From Candidatus Hodarchaeota archaeon (lineage in GTDB: Archaea; Asgardarchaeota; Lokiarchaeia; Sigyniarchaeales; SOKP01), in assembly GCA_048887225.1 (NCBI GenBank), contig JBHLJY010000003.1:174436-238435 (forward strand): 64,000 bases of DNA, written 5' to 3'. The notes under the pieces were generated by a model. That model did no database searches. It was given only the letters and a program-made list of their open reading frames with translations, and was not told the origin of the DNA. Positions 30,304-41,179 of this stretch are shown piece by piece (position 1 is the first letter of the stretch; every line of letters begins with the position of its first letter). The position numbers were made by a program, and so were the translations under genes.

Positions 30304-32209
30304 GTGTGAATTAAAATTGAAAAGTAGTAATGAAATAATTCTGTTAAAGTTAGGTGGAAGTTTATTAACCGATAAAAATAAATCTTTTTATATTAGAGAA
30401 AATGTTGTAAAAAGCGCAGTTCAACAAATAATTGATGCTAATGAAAAATTAATCTTAATTCATGGTGGAGGTTCATTTGGCCATCCTCTCGCTAAAAAGT
30501 ATAGCATTTCGAAAGGACTTGATATATCCATTCCAAATCAAATTCTTGGACTTGCTGAAACTCACGAAGCAATGAACAAATTAAACACCTATATAATTAA
30601 CAGATTTCTTGAAAAAAACAGTCCTGCTATATCAATTCAAGCTTCAAGTATTTTTATAAAAGATTCTAAGAAAATTTCCACTCAATCCATTGATGTCATT
30701 GAGGCAGCTCTTGATATTGGAGTAATTCCCGTTTTATACGGCGATATAATCCTTGATAAACAAGATTCATTTTCAATTATTTCAGGAGATCGTATAATTT
30801 TGGAATTATGTAAGAACTTACAAAAATTTACAGTTTCAAAAGTTATTTTTACGATTGAAAAAGATGGTATTTACATTAAGGATAAAAAAGAAAATATCAA
30901 ATTGGCTTTGGAACTTAATCATAAGGAATTAGACAACATTCGCCTTGCTGAATTAGATCAAAAAATAGATGTTACTGGTGGGATAGAAGGAAAAATTAAT
31001 TCAATTAAAGAAATTTCTAAACTAAAAATTCCTGTTCAAATTATAAATGGATTAAAAGAAAAATTTATATTTAAGGCTTTAAAAGGTTTAGATTTAAGAT
31101 GTACCAATATCAAAATTAGTACTGTAAAAGCAGAAATAGAAGAAATTCGTGATAGAAAGCTAGATCATTTAAGAATTCCTATTGAATACAATGTACAGCA
31201 TTCAGAAAATTATTTTAAATATATTAAGTTAATTCACAATCCTCTTCCAGAAATGGATTATGACGAAATTGATCTCTCTATTCAATTTTTTAATAAGGAA
31301 GTCTCTGCTCCCATTTGTATTGCTGCGATAACTGGCGGCCACCCCATTTCTAAAGAAATTAATCGAATTTTGGCTGAAGCTGCCGAAAAAGAAAAAATTA
31401 TAATGAGTGTAGGAAGCCAACGTGCTGGATTAGTTGATCCTACTCTGATAGATTCCTTTAATATCGTAAGAAATGTAGCACCTAGTATTCCCATTATTGG
31501 AAATATAGGTATAGGTCAATTAAGTGATCCCAATTTTAATTTAGAGGATTTTAATAAATGTATTAAGATGATAAATGCTGATGCCATGGCTATTCATTTT
31601 AACGCGTTACACGAATTGGTCCAAGATAAAGGAAATCGCTCTTATAAATATTTCCGAGATAATTTCCAAAAAATAAGAGCATCAACTAATACTCCTATAA
31701 TTGCAAAAGAGGTAGGTGCTGGTTTTAATCAAGAACTTGCCTTAAAACTCAATAATCTCGGATTTGATGGTTTTGATGTTGGAGGTGCTGGCGGTACTAG
31801 TTTTGCTGCTGTTGAATCTCACCGTAATTTCAATTTCAGTGAAAATTTTACTAGAAATCCCGCAGAAATATTTAGAGAATGGGGCATCCCTACTCCTGTA
31901 AGTGTATATTATATTAGAAAAGTCACAAAAAAATTAATAATTGCAACTGGCGGGTTAAGAACAGGAATAGATATTGCTAAATGTATTTCTTTAGGGGCAG
32001 ATATTGGTGGATTCGCTTATAAATTTCTTTTATCCTCGTGGAAAGATTATAAAAATAACTCAATTTCTCACACTATCAAAGAAATTAGAACATTAAAAAA
32101 CGAATTGCGCTCTTGTCTATGGTTAATGAACTTAAAAAATATTATTGATTTAAAAGGCAACATAAACAAAAGAGTAATTCTTGGTAAATTAAATCAATGG
32201 TTAAGTTAA
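30296..32209 (+). CDS. fni: Isopentenyl phosphate kinase fused to type 2 isopentenyl-diphosphate isomerase
   Basis: N-terminal LKLGGS, HGGGSFGH, SGD, DVTGG; C-terminal RKLDH, AITGG, VGSQR, KEVGAG, GAGGTS, WGIPT. Confidence 0.9.
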   Translation: MVECELKLKSSNEIILLKLGGSLLTDKNKSFYIRENVVKSAVQQIIDANEKLILIHGGGSFGHPLAKKYSISKGLDISIPNQILGLAETHEAMNKLNTYIINRFLEKNSPAISIQASSIFIKDSKKISTQSIDVIEAALDIGVIPVLYGDIILDKQDSFSIISGDRIILELCKNLQKFTVSKVIFTIEKDGIYIKDKKENIKLALELNHKELDNIRLAELDQKIDVTGGIEGKINSIKEISKLKIPVQIINGLKEKFIFKALKGLDLRCTNIKISTVKAEIEEIRDRKLDHLRIPIEYNVQHSENYFKYIKLIHNPLPEMDYDEIDLSIQFFNKEVSAPICIAAITGGHPISKEINRILAEAAEKEKIIMSVGSQRAGLVDPTLIDSFNIVRNVAPSIPIIGNIGIGQLSDPNFNLEDFNKCIKMINADAMAIHFNALHELVQDKGNRSYKYFRDNFQKIRASTNTPIIAKEVGAGFNQELALKLNNLGFDGFDVGGAGGTSFAAVESHRNFNFSENFTRNPAEIFREWGIPTPVSVYYIRKVTKKLIIATGGLRTGIDIAKCISLGADIGGFAYKFLLSSWKDYKNNSISHTIKEIRTLKNELRSCLWLMNLKNIIDLKGNINKRVILGKLNQWLS

Positions 32210-32258
32210 ATCTTTAAAAAAAAAATTATTAAATTTAGGATTTTACATACTGTTTTTC

Positions 32259-34499
32259 TTATTTTGGTAGAAATTTGAATACCCCTTCTAAATTTTTTGA
32301 AATTGCATCCCGCGAAAATAAAAAAGGTATATACTTGCCTCGAACATATGATTTCATTAAGTCTTTATAGTGCTTATGAAATGGCAATCCTGATTGACCG
32401 CCTGGAATAATCCCGATCGACTTATCCCAATCAGAGAGGTCATGAATTTGCCGGTACGAAGGTCCTACAGTCATTGCAAAATCACTTAAAGGATCGTAAT
32501 AACCATTATTGAGCGTGTTCAAATCACCACCAATTTTGAAAGGGCCAATATTTAATGCTTTAGCAGCATCATCAGCGAGAGAAAATGGATGAACAAGCGT
32601 AAGTTTATGGAAATTCCCCCATTCCCACTTGTTATAATCTGAAGAAATTTTTTCAGACAATGAATTAATTGTTTTTTCTAATGTGTTAACAAGAATTTCT
32701 TCAAGTCCCTCGGGTTTATCATCGTAAATTTTAAATAATCTATCGAGTTCATAAGGGCAACCACTTAAAGAAGCATCGAGAAATTCTTTATCAATATACG
32801 GATTAAGTATCGCTTTTATAGTTTCTAAGTGCCAGACCTTGTAAATAGTACCTGCCACACTCTTACTTGTTAATTTATAATCCCACTTTTCTAATATTGA
32901 TATTATTTCTGGAATTATTTTGGATATTGCTTTTGATTTTACTTTTTTTAGCATAATTGGTAGCAATTCAGCAGCTTCTTCAGAAAACTGATCGTTTTGA
33001 AAATTTTTAATATCTTCTATCGAGAATTTTTCTTTTGACTGGAGTAAATTTTTTAATCTTTTTTGTCTGTAGAATCCTATTGAGTCTTGAGATATAAGTG
33101 CCCCATTAGGAGCTTTATCTTCGTTATAATTTGCTGTATACACAAAACTATAATCTGGATTGAAAACTGAAAACATTTTTTCGAATGGAACTAAACCACA
33201 CCAGTTGTATTTTTCATCCGTGCCAGGAGTAACCATGGCCCCATTCCCATATTTCCTTGTAGGGATCTTTCCACCATGCTGATGCCCAATATTACCGTCT
33301 ATATCGCCATAAAGAAAATTCTGAGGTGTAATAGTCATCAATTTCGTGCCATCTCTAAATTCATCCCAATTTAATGCTTTGTTAATTTTAAGGAATCCTT
33401 CCAAATTATCTTCAAGTTTTGCTCCGAAACTCGACCAACGCAAGGCATACTTTCCAGGGAGTTTTATTCTATATATTTTATTATCTATCTCGAAATACTC
33501 TACGACAGGGCCAAATTTTGTCATTAACACTTTAAATGGTATAGGATTGGGCTCTTCCCTAATAGTTATTGGTTCTTCAATGATCTCGAAGTCTATCCAT
33601 TGTTCGTTGTAAAGGTATTGGTTCTCATTTTCAGGATTTAATTCTAATTTAAATAAATCTACATTATCTGCCGAGACATTTGTACATCCCCAAGCAATTC
33701 TTTTGTTATGTCCTAAAACAACACCAGGGAGCCCTGGAAAAGAAGATCCAAAAACATTTAAATCAGGGCAGTTTAGATGAATTAAAATCCATATAGCTGG
33801 CACAGTAAGAGGTAAATGTGGGTCGTTTGCGAATAATACTGATCCTGACACTGATTTATTAGGACCTATTACCCATCCATTACTTCCGATAGGGTTCTCT
33901 AATTTAGCTCCTGAATAGAGTGGGATAATTTTATCTGCCATTTCAGGTCCTAATTTCATAACAAGATGTTCACGCAATAACTCCAAAGGATAATTTCCAC
34001 TCAAACCCCATTCAATTAAACTAACGATTTTAAAAGAATCTTCAAGCTTCCATTCCCTTGGTTTTATCTCAAGAACTGAGAATTCGATCGGGGGATTAAT
34101 CCTTGCTTTTTCAATACCTGCATTAACACCTGTTATATATGATTGTAACAATTGAAGTTGTTCATTATCTGGTTCTTTCAATAATCTTTCGACACAATTT
34201 CTCGCGATCCGATGTAATCCAATTATTTTATAGTGTTTATCCATATCAAGAGTAACATTGCCAGTAAGTTCTGAAATTTCTCCAGTCGTTAACCGCCTAA
34301 AAAGTTCCATCTGCCATAATCGATGGCGTGCATGGATGTATCCTTGGGCACAATATGCATCTTCGAGTGATTTAGCATAAATATGGGGAATTCCCCATTT
34401 ATCCCAAAGAATTTCAACCTCCTCTTTGATCCCTTCTAAAGATTCAGAACCTTCAGTAGGAGGAAAAGCATTTTTTGCAATTTGAAGTATTTCTTCCAT
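32259..34499 (-). CDS. Penicillin acylase family (Ntn hydrolase, peptidase S45)
   Basis: WGIPHIYA, GSNGWVIG, NDPHL, GGQSG. Confidence 0.9.
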   Translation of the reverse strand: MEEILQIAKNAFPPTEGSESLEGIKEEVEILWDKWGIPHIYAKSLEDAYCAQGYIHARHRLWQMELFRRLTTGEISELTGNVTLDMDKHYKIIGLHRIARNCVERLLKEPDNEQLQLLQSYITGVNAGIEKARINPPIEFSVLEIKPREWKLEDSFKIVSLIEWGLSGNYPLELLREHLVMKLGPEMADKIIPLYSGAKLENPIGSNGWVIGPNKSVSGSVLFANDPHLPLTVPAIWILIHLNCPDLNVFGSSFPGLPGVVLGHNKRIAWGCTNVSADNVDLFKLELNPENENQYLYNEQWIDFEIIEEPITIREEPNPIPFKVLMTKFGPVVEYFEIDNKIYRIKLPGKYALRWSSFGAKLEDNLEGFLKINKALNWDEFRDGTKLMTITPQNFLYGDIDGNIGHQHGGKIPTRKYGNGAMVTPGTDEKYNWCGLVPFEKMFSVFNPDYSFVYTANYNEDKAPNGALISQDSIGFYRQKRLKNLLQSKEKFSIEDIKNFQNDQFSEEAAELLPIMLKKVKSKAISKIIPEIISILEKWDYKLTSKSVAGTIYKVWHLETIKAILNPYIDKEFLDASLSGCPYELDRLFKIYDDKPEGLEEILVNTLEKTINSLSEKISSDYNKWEWGNFHKLTLVHPFSLADDAAKALNIGPFKIGGDLNTLNNGYYDPLSDFAMTVGPSYRQIHDLSDWDKSIGIIPGGQSGLPFHKHYKDLMKSYVRGKYIPFLFSRDAISKNLEGVFKFLPK

Positions 34500-34555
34500 A
34501 TTTATCTCATTAAATTTTATTTAATTTAAATATTAAACTTTAAATCTATAAGAGG

Positions 34556-34990
34556 TTAAAACGATATTATCTTGAGATTTTCTTTAGAATCTGTTTGACC
34601 TTTTAAAATACAACTAAAAGCGCTTAAATTATTAAATTTTAATTTGCTATCTTTAGCAATTATACAATTTTCTAACTCGAATTTATCACCTAGCACGACA
34701 TTGTCAAATAAAATAGTATTAACTAATTCTGTGTAATTTCCTATTTCACAATTATTTCCAATGTAAACATTTGGACCTATAAGAACATCTTCTCCTATTT
34801 TTACATTAGAACCAAGATGAACAGGCTCAATAAAAGTTGGAAAATCACCGATATACTTATCAACACAGTGTTGCCCTCTTAATTCATTTTTAATGAAATT
34901 TATTTGGCTCTCTCTAACTTTATCTGTATCGATCTTTTTTTCAGAAATTAGTTTTTCAATTTCTTCTAAACTCATTTTCATTGAATTCAT
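34556..34990 (-). CDS. Left-handed beta-helix (hexapeptide repeat) protein
   Basis: PVHLGSNVKIGEDVLIGPNVYIGNNCEIG. Confidence 0.75.
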   Translation of the reverse strand: MNSMKMSLEEIEKLISEKKIDTDKVRESQINFIKNELRGQHCVDKYIGDFPTFIEPVHLGSNVKIGEDVLIGPNVYIGNNCEIGNYTELVNTILFDNVVLGDKFELENCIIAKDSKLKFNNLSAFSCILKGQTDSKENLKIISF

Positions 34991-35011
34991 ATTTATCTAA
35001 TAGATAATTAA

Positions 35012-35728
35012 TTATAATCCTAAGATTTCAATTAATTGCTCAATATTTTCATCATATTTTGCGCTTGTTGTAATGACAAGAATATTAGGATTAAATTTCT
35101 TGGCATCCTTTATCATTTTTTCTACATTAGTGCCTAATCTTTCAGCCAGGTCTATTTTATTTATTACCACCACGTCAGATATTTTAAACAGCATAGGATG
35201 TTTTTCAACTACCCATTCACCTTCTGTTGTCGAAACTACTACAACTCTTTTATCAGTTCCAAGAGAGAAATCTGATGGACAAATTAAGTTTCCAACATTT
35301 TCAATGAATATAGCATCGTAGTTTGTTAAATCTTTATTATTTATTATCTGATATATATGATAAGCATTTAGCGCACATTCACGTCCCGTATTAATTTGAA
35401 CCGTTTCAGCGTTATGTTTCTCGATTCGGTCTGCATCAACCCTAGTTGTAATATCTCCACATATGACTAGAATTCTATATTTCGAAGATAATTTTTCACT
35501 TATTTTTTCTAAAATCGCTGTTTTACCTGCTCCAATTGCTCCGACAATATCATAAGATTTTATTTTATATTGTTTAAACTCTTTATTTATCTGTTCAGCA
35601 AGAAATTCGTTGCTTTTTTCAACTTCTTTTTTTGTTTCAATTACCAAATCCCTTATTTCTTCTCTAGCTAAATTAATACTTTCAAGTTCTCGAATTCTAT
35701 GAATTTCTCTCTCGTCTTTATCTGACAT
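35012..35728 (-). CDS. hypB: Hydrogenase nickel incorporation GTPase
   Basis: GAGKT, INTGREC, IENVGNLICP, NKID. Confidence 0.9.
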   Translation of the reverse strand: MSDKDEREIHRIRELESINLAREEIRDLVIETKKEVEKSNEFLAEQINKEFKQYKIKSYDIVGAIGAGKTAILEKISEKLSSKYRILVICGDITTRVDADRIEKHNAETVQINTGRECALNAYHIYQIINNKDLTNYDAIFIENVGNLICPSDFSLGTDKRVVVVSTTEGEWVVEKHPMLFKISDVVVINKIDLAERLGTNVEKMIKDAKKFNPNILVITTSAKYDENIEQLIEILGL

Positions 35729-35844
35729 GTACTATAAATATAATGTTTTTATTTACAACTCTAAAAAAAATTATTATGTAAGTAAATTACAAATGAAAAA
35801 AAAAGATATTTAAAATTCAATAATGGGTAAATTTCTTTTGAATA

Positions 35845-36912
35845 TTAAAATCTCCTTTCTGCGACAAAATCTAATAGACTATCAAAAAATTCTAATTCAG
35901 ATTGATTGATGACGGATTTTAATTTATTCAAAGAGGATCTGGCTTCTTGTACAAAAGAATTTGCCAAAGTCCTACATGAATTTACTACATCTGCTTCAAC
36001 GAAAAACTCTTTAACTTCTTGAACATCGTTACTTGTCATATCTTGTTTCTCAATTAATTTATTAAGCCGATTTTTTTTCTTGTTTTCCAATTTATTATAT
36101 GCCTCTATTAATAGGCAAGTTTTTTTCCCTTCTCTTATATCTCCTTCAGTTGGTTTACCAGTTATTTTTTCGTCGCCAAAGGTTCCCAAAATATCATCAA
36201 TAATTTGAAATATAATTCCTAGGTTTATACCATAAGTAGATAAGAACTGTAAATATTTAGCATCTACATTTGAATAATTTGCTCCTATTAAAATCGATTT
36301 TTCTAATAGAGCTCCTGTTTTAAGTGAAATCATTTTAATATAATCTTGAATATTTAATTTTTTTTGACTTACCATGTCTATTTCGATAAGGACTCCATCA
36401 CTGATTTCTTTAAAAACTTCTTCATAGTAATTTATTGCTTTAAGATTTAGCTTGTGTTCAAATTCATTGAAGATATATGCTTCTAATCCCATGAAAAATG
36501 CTGTGTCGCCACCTATTATTCCAATATTTGTACCAAAATCTTTAGCAACTATTTTTTTTAAATCATATTTTTCGTAATATTTCCTAAATCTATAATGAAA
36601 AGCAGGTTTTCCTCTTCTGAAATCGTCTTTATCTATGATATCGTCATGAATTAAAGATGCGTTGTGTAAAAACTCTATTCCAACACTAGGGATTACAATT
36701 CTTTCATCGGTTTTCTTTTTGAATGAATTGTATGTAGCAATGCATAACAAAGGACGGATTCTTTTGCCCCCTGATAAAAAATAATCCTTTAGTGTTGAAT
36801 AATAGTCTTTAAGAAATTGATTTTTAACACTTTCCAACTTTCGGTCATAAATTAATTTTATTGCGTCGTTTATTTTAGGTTTGTAATTTTTAATATATTC
36901 GGCAAATTTCAT
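35845..36912 (-). CDS. trans-polyprenyl diphosphate synthase
   Basis: GGKRIRP, HDDIIDKDDFRRG, KTG, FQIIDDILG, DIREGKKT. Confidence 0.95.
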   Translation of the reverse strand: MKFAEYIKNYKPKINDAIKLIYDRKLESVKNQFLKDYYSTLKDYFLSGGKRIRPLLCIATYNSFKKKTDERIVIPSVGIEFLHNASLIHDDIIDKDDFRRGKPAFHYRFRKYYEKYDLKKIVAKDFGTNIGIIGGDTAFFMGLEAYIFNEFEHKLNLKAINYYEEVFKEISDGVLIEIDMVSQKKLNIQDYIKMISLKTGALLEKSILIGANYSNVDAKYLQFLSTYGINLGIIFQIIDDILGTFGDEKITGKPTEGDIREGKKTCLLIEAYNKLENKKKNRLNKLIEKQDMTSNDVQEVKEFFVEADVVNSCRTLANSFVQEARSSLNKLKSVINQSELEFFDSLLDFVAERRF

Positions 36913-36923
36913 AAGATAATACC

Positions 36924-38045
36924 TTAATCTAATAGTTTCTTCATTATAATCTCAGAACTTCGATGCTTTTCCCACAACGACAAGAACTTTTTTAAGTTCT
37001 CGTCATTTTGAAATATTTTATCACGTGCTACTCTTTTAGCCTTTAACACTTTAAGAAATTTTCTATCTAATAATCTCTCGTAGTGAATACCTAATTTATC
37101 TAATTTATCTCTTTTTTCACATGTCTTAATTGATTCAATAGCATATAGTCCAGACATCATAGCGTAAGGAATTCCTTTACCTGAGATAGGATCGACGATC
37201 CCGCCAGCGTCACCCACAGCAAATACATTATTATCGTAAAGTTTTGGTCTTAGACCAACAGGAATTAAATGCGGTTTGAAAATTTCTGTTTTTGAGTTAA
37301 CTAATGCTTCTTTTACAAATGGAAGTGAAGTAAATTTTTTGAATTCATTTCTTGAATTCTTAATTAAATTAATTTGATTGCCCCACCCTACTGTTATAGT
37401 TTCAGTTTTTGGAAATAACCAAGCATATCCAACAGGGATAAGATTTTCAATACCAAAAAACAAATGAACAGTATCAACTCCTAAAATCTTATCAATATAC
37501 GATTTCGTTGTTTTCATTTCTTTGGTAATTGTTAAAATTATGTTCTCTTTTTTAAAATAAGGCCAATTTAATTTTTTTAATGTTTGAGAGGTAACACCAT
37601 CAGCCGCAATTACATAGTTAGCTATATATACATCATTACTAGTTGTAATTTGGTAAAAATCATCAAGTTTATCAATATTAATTAATGGTTCTTTTTCTTT
37701 TAGTATTGCTCCACTCTCAACAGCCATATCTGTTAAGAATTTATCAAAAATATTTCGCCAAATAACTGCACCTTTTCCTTTTTTAGAATAGTCTTCTCCG
37801 TCTACATGGTGCAATTCTAAAGATTCAATAACCCTTGCTATTTTCTCTTCTGGATAATTAACTTCTTCTACTAATTCCCATGCCATTGCCCCGCCACATG
37901 CTTTATATCTTCCATTTCCTCCAATAAGTTCTTTTTCAAGTAGTAATGTTTTATATCCATTTTCAGCTGCAGCTTTCGCAGCAAATGATCCGCCAGGACC
38001 AGCACCAACAACAATTATATCAAATATGTTGTCAATTTTTTCCAT
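36924..38045 (-). CDS. Geranylgeranyl reductase family flavoprotein
   Basis: GAGPGG, KACGG, AADG, GYAWLFPK, GDAGG.VDP.SGKGI. Confidence 0.85.
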   Translation of the reverse strand: MEKIDNIFDIIVVGAGPGGSFAAKAAAENGYKTLLLEKELIGGNGRYKACGGAMAWELVEEVNYPEEKIARVIESLELHHVDGEDYSKKGKGAVIWRNIFDKFLTDMAVESGAILKEKEPLINIDKLDDFYQITTSNDVYIANYVIAADGVTSQTLKKLNWPYFKKENIILTITKEMKTTKSYIDKILGVDTVHLFFGIENLIPVGYAWLFPKTETITVGWGNQINLIKNSRNEFKKFTSLPFVKEALVNSKTEIFKPHLIPVGLRPKLYDNNVFAVGDAGGIVDPISGKGIPYAMMSGLYAIESIKTCEKRDKLDKLGIHYERLLDRKFLKVLKAKRVARDKIFQNDENLKKFLSLWEKHRSSEIIMKKLLD

Positions 38046-38232
38046 AATGAATCAAATTTGAAATTTATATATTATACTGTAAAAAACATTCTAATTTAAG
38101 CTATTTCAAATGGATTGAGAAAAGTAATAAATCCTAGTATTTTTAATTTTTTTCTTGTTTTATAAATTAAATTAAATAATTATTTAATAAGACAAAAGAG
38201 ATATTTTATTTTTAAAATGAGTTCAGAAAAAT

Positions 38233-39726
38233 ATGAAAAATGCTAATATTATTATTCATGTTATTTTTATTGGGAAGCCACAATGGGAAGCTGGCTGGCC
38301 ATATATAGGCTATAATAATGAAAAATTGATACAATCAATACTCACCTATTTAAAAAAAAAGTTCCCTGATATTAATTTTAGTAATAATGAAATTGTTGGT
38401 ATTTATAACGAGGAATTAGTTAAGAAAATCAAAGAAAATATATTAAAAGCAGATGGAGTAATAATTTTTACAATAGGACATTATGGGTATCCAGGAATCA
38501 TAAAGGCTGGAGTTGAATTTATCGAGATAGAAAAGCCAGGTATTCTAGCAAATTTGATATACGCTGGAGACCATACCTTTACAAAACTCTATGTTAGTAT
38601 AAAAGAAAAAAATTATCGTTTTTATCCAATATCTTCTAAAAATATTGAAGATTTTGATAAGCCTATTGAAATTTTGTATAATCTTTTACGACTTAGAGGT
38701 ACTAATGTTTTAGTTTATGCTAGTGATAAAATTAAAATGGATTGGGAAGTAATTTTAGGATTATTTACTCCTGAAAGAAGGAAACTTTTAAAAACAAATC
38801 CAGAATTTATTGAACAAGTTGGAAAAATGAGTGGAGATGCGAGTTTTGAATTTTATACAGATACAATAGGATTTGACCAAGCACATCAATGGAGAAAAGA
38901 TGAGAACAAATATAGAGAAAATTTGAAAAAAATTTTTGACGTAGGGATGATAAGAGGAGATCCCGATGAAATAGTTAAATATTATCAAACGGTAAATGAA
39001 GAACAAGCCAAAGAAATAGCCGATAAATGGATTAAAAATGCAAATAAAGTTGAGCCTACAGAAAAAACAATATTAAATTCCGCGAAATTATATCTGGTTT
39101 TTAAAAAAATCTTAATGGAAAGAAATTGTAAAATATTTGCTCCAGATTGTGGAACTTTTTTATTAACAGGTAAATTACCAGCATATCCTTGTATGCCTTT
39201 TTTCGAGTTAAGCAAAGAGGGTTATTATGGTATCTGTGAATCTGATATGGATTGTGCTATGAGTTTTCTTTTTGGCTTATATTTAACGGATCGACCGGGA
39301 TTTGTTTCAAATCATACACTAGATTCTGTAAATAATCAAATAACATATATGCACTGTGTGGCGCCAAGTAAATTATACGGAATTGATGGTCCTATAGTGG
39401 ATTATGAAATTTTATATCATGGAGAGACTAATTATTTAGGAGCTTCTCCTTGTGTTAAATTCCCCATTGGAGAAGTTGTTACGACCATAAAAATTAGTGT
39501 TTTTGAAAAGAAAATGGAAATCAGAACTGGTGAAATTGTTGATAATGTTACAAATAAAGGGGGTTGCATCTCAAAAATGCTTGTAAAAAGTGATGTCAAG
39601 AAAATCATTGATGATTATGATTGGGATACATTTGGTTGGCATAGAGTGACTTTTATAGGAAATTGGAAGGATGAGTTTACTATTGGTGCTAGACTATTAG
39701 GCCTAGAAATTGTTGATTTAGGATAA
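38233..39726 (+). CDS. L-fucose/arabinose isomerase-like protein
   Basis: PC, CESD, HC and C-terminal WHRV motifs. Confidence 0.6.
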   Translation: MKNANIIIHVIFIGKPQWEAGWPYIGYNNEKLIQSILTYLKKKFPDINFSNNEIVGIYNEELVKKIKENILKADGVIIFTIGHYGYPGIIKAGVEFIEIEKPGILANLIYAGDHTFTKLYVSIKEKNYRFYPISSKNIEDFDKPIEILYNLLRLRGTNVLVYASDKIKMDWEVILGLFTPERRKLLKTNPEFIEQVGKMSGDASFEFYTDTIGFDQAHQWRKDENKYRENLKKIFDVGMIRGDPDEIVKYYQTVNEEQAKEIADKWIKNANKVEPTEKTILNSAKLYLVFKKILMERNCKIFAPDCGTFLLTGKLPAYPCMPFFELSKEGYYGICESDMDCAMSFLFGLYLTDRPGFVSNHTLDSVNNQITYMHCVAPSKLYGIDGPIVDYEILYHGETNYLGASPCVKFPIGEVVTTIKISVFEKKMEIRTGEIVDNVTNKGGCISKMLVKSDVKKIIDDYDWDTFGWHRVTFIGNWKDEFTIGARLLGLEIVDLG

Positions 39727-39796
39727 TATTACTTCACTCTATTATATAATTAGATCAAAAATTATTTAAATTAAAAATGAGAAATAGATTATCACA

Positions 39797-41161
39797 ATGA
39801 GTGAGATTAATTTTAGCGAAAAAGAGCGGATACATTCCCGTAAAGGATATTTTCTATATTCGCTTGGTGGTGTAACATCAGCGCTTCCATATAATATGGT
39901 GGGTACATTTTTTGTTTTCTTCTACGTTGTAAAAGTGGGATTATCACTTGAGCTTGTTGGTCTTGTTTTCATATTATATGGATTATGGAATGCAATCAAC
40001 GATCCTCTGTTTGGATATTATATGGATAAAAAAGTCACGAAATGGGGGCGTCGTGTACCTTATATAATACTTGGAACAATTCCCCTTGCAGTAGGATTCA
40101 TTATGATATGGTATGTTCCATGGACTTCTGAGATTTTAATTTTTTTTCATGCTTTTTTCATGTTATTTTTATTCGACACGGGATTTACTTTGGCAATAAC
40201 TGCTTGGGCAGCATTATACACTGAAATGTATGAGGAAGAAAAAGAACGAGCAACAGTAGTCGCCATAAAAGATACAATTGCGTTTACCTCATCCTTAATA
40301 GGCATTATATTTCCTCCACTCATAGCTTCCGCAATTGGTTGGTCATATACCGGTTTAATTCTTGGAATTGTAATATCAATAACAATGTATCTCTCTCTTC
40401 TTGGAACTAAAGAAAGGAAAGAATATCAAATTGATGAACCATTACCTGTTATTCCAGCATTTAGAGAAACTCTAAAAAATAAACCATTTTTGATAATGGC
40501 TTTAACATATACCTTGATGGATTGTGTTTTCGCCATAACTTTGATTGGACTTCCTTTATATGCTAAATTTGTACTTAAGATGGATGAGGCTTTAATAGGA
40601 TTTTCGGCTATTGGTATAGCATTAGGAACTCTTATGAGTATACCTTTTTGGAGATGGATCTATGCCAATAAAGGTCCGAAATATGGATTATTATTAGCAA
40701 TTGGTATTTTTGCAGGGGGAATCTGGGCAGTTTTTCTTATAAGAGATTTCATTTTACTAGTATTTATTACATTAATTCCAGGATTTGGGATAGGAGGGAT
40801 TATTATGACAGAGGTACCGTTTAGTGCAGCTATAGATTATGATGAATTAATAACTGGAAAAAGACGAGAGGCTACGTATAATGGAATATTAAGCTTAATA
40901 GCTAGATTAGCAATTGCTCTTTCGGGCTTAGCTTTAATAATTGTTCAATTCTTTTTTGGATTTGAAGCAGGAAGCGAATCTCAAACTCCATTAGCTCTAC
41001 TTGGTTTAACATTATTAGTTTCATTAATTCCATTTATAATTGCTCTACTTGGTTTAATAGTTTTCAGCTCCTTTCCAATAAATTATAGAAGATTTAGTGA
41101 AATGCAAGAGGAATTAAAAAATCTCCACGAAAAAAGATTAGAAGAATTTAAAAAATACTAA
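39797..41161 (+). CDS. MFS transporter, glycoside-pentoside-hexuronide family
   Basis: NDPLFG, TKWGRRVPY, IDYDELITGKRREA. Confidence 0.9.
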   Translation: MSEINFSEKERIHSRKGYFLYSLGGVTSALPYNMVGTFFVFFYVVKVGLSLELVGLVFILYGLWNAINDPLFGYYMDKKVTKWGRRVPYIILGTIPLAVGFIMIWYVPWTSEILIFFHAFFMLFLFDTGFTLAITAWAALYTEMYEEEKERATVVAIKDTIAFTSSLIGIIFPPLIASAIGWSYTGLILGIVISITMYLSLLGTKERKEYQIDEPLPVIPAFRETLKNKPFLIMALTYTLMDCVFAITLIGLPLYAKFVLKMDEALIGFSAIGIALGTLMSIPFWRWIYANKGPKYGLLLAIGIFAGGIWAVFLIRDFILLVFITLIPGFGIGGIIMTEVPFSAAIDYDELITGKRREATYNGILSLIARLAIALSGLALIIVQFFFGFEAGSESQTPLALLGLTLLVSLIPFIIALLGLIVFSSFPINYRRFSEMQEELKNLHEKRLEEFKKY

Positions 41162-41179
41162 AATAAAAATAAAATAAAT

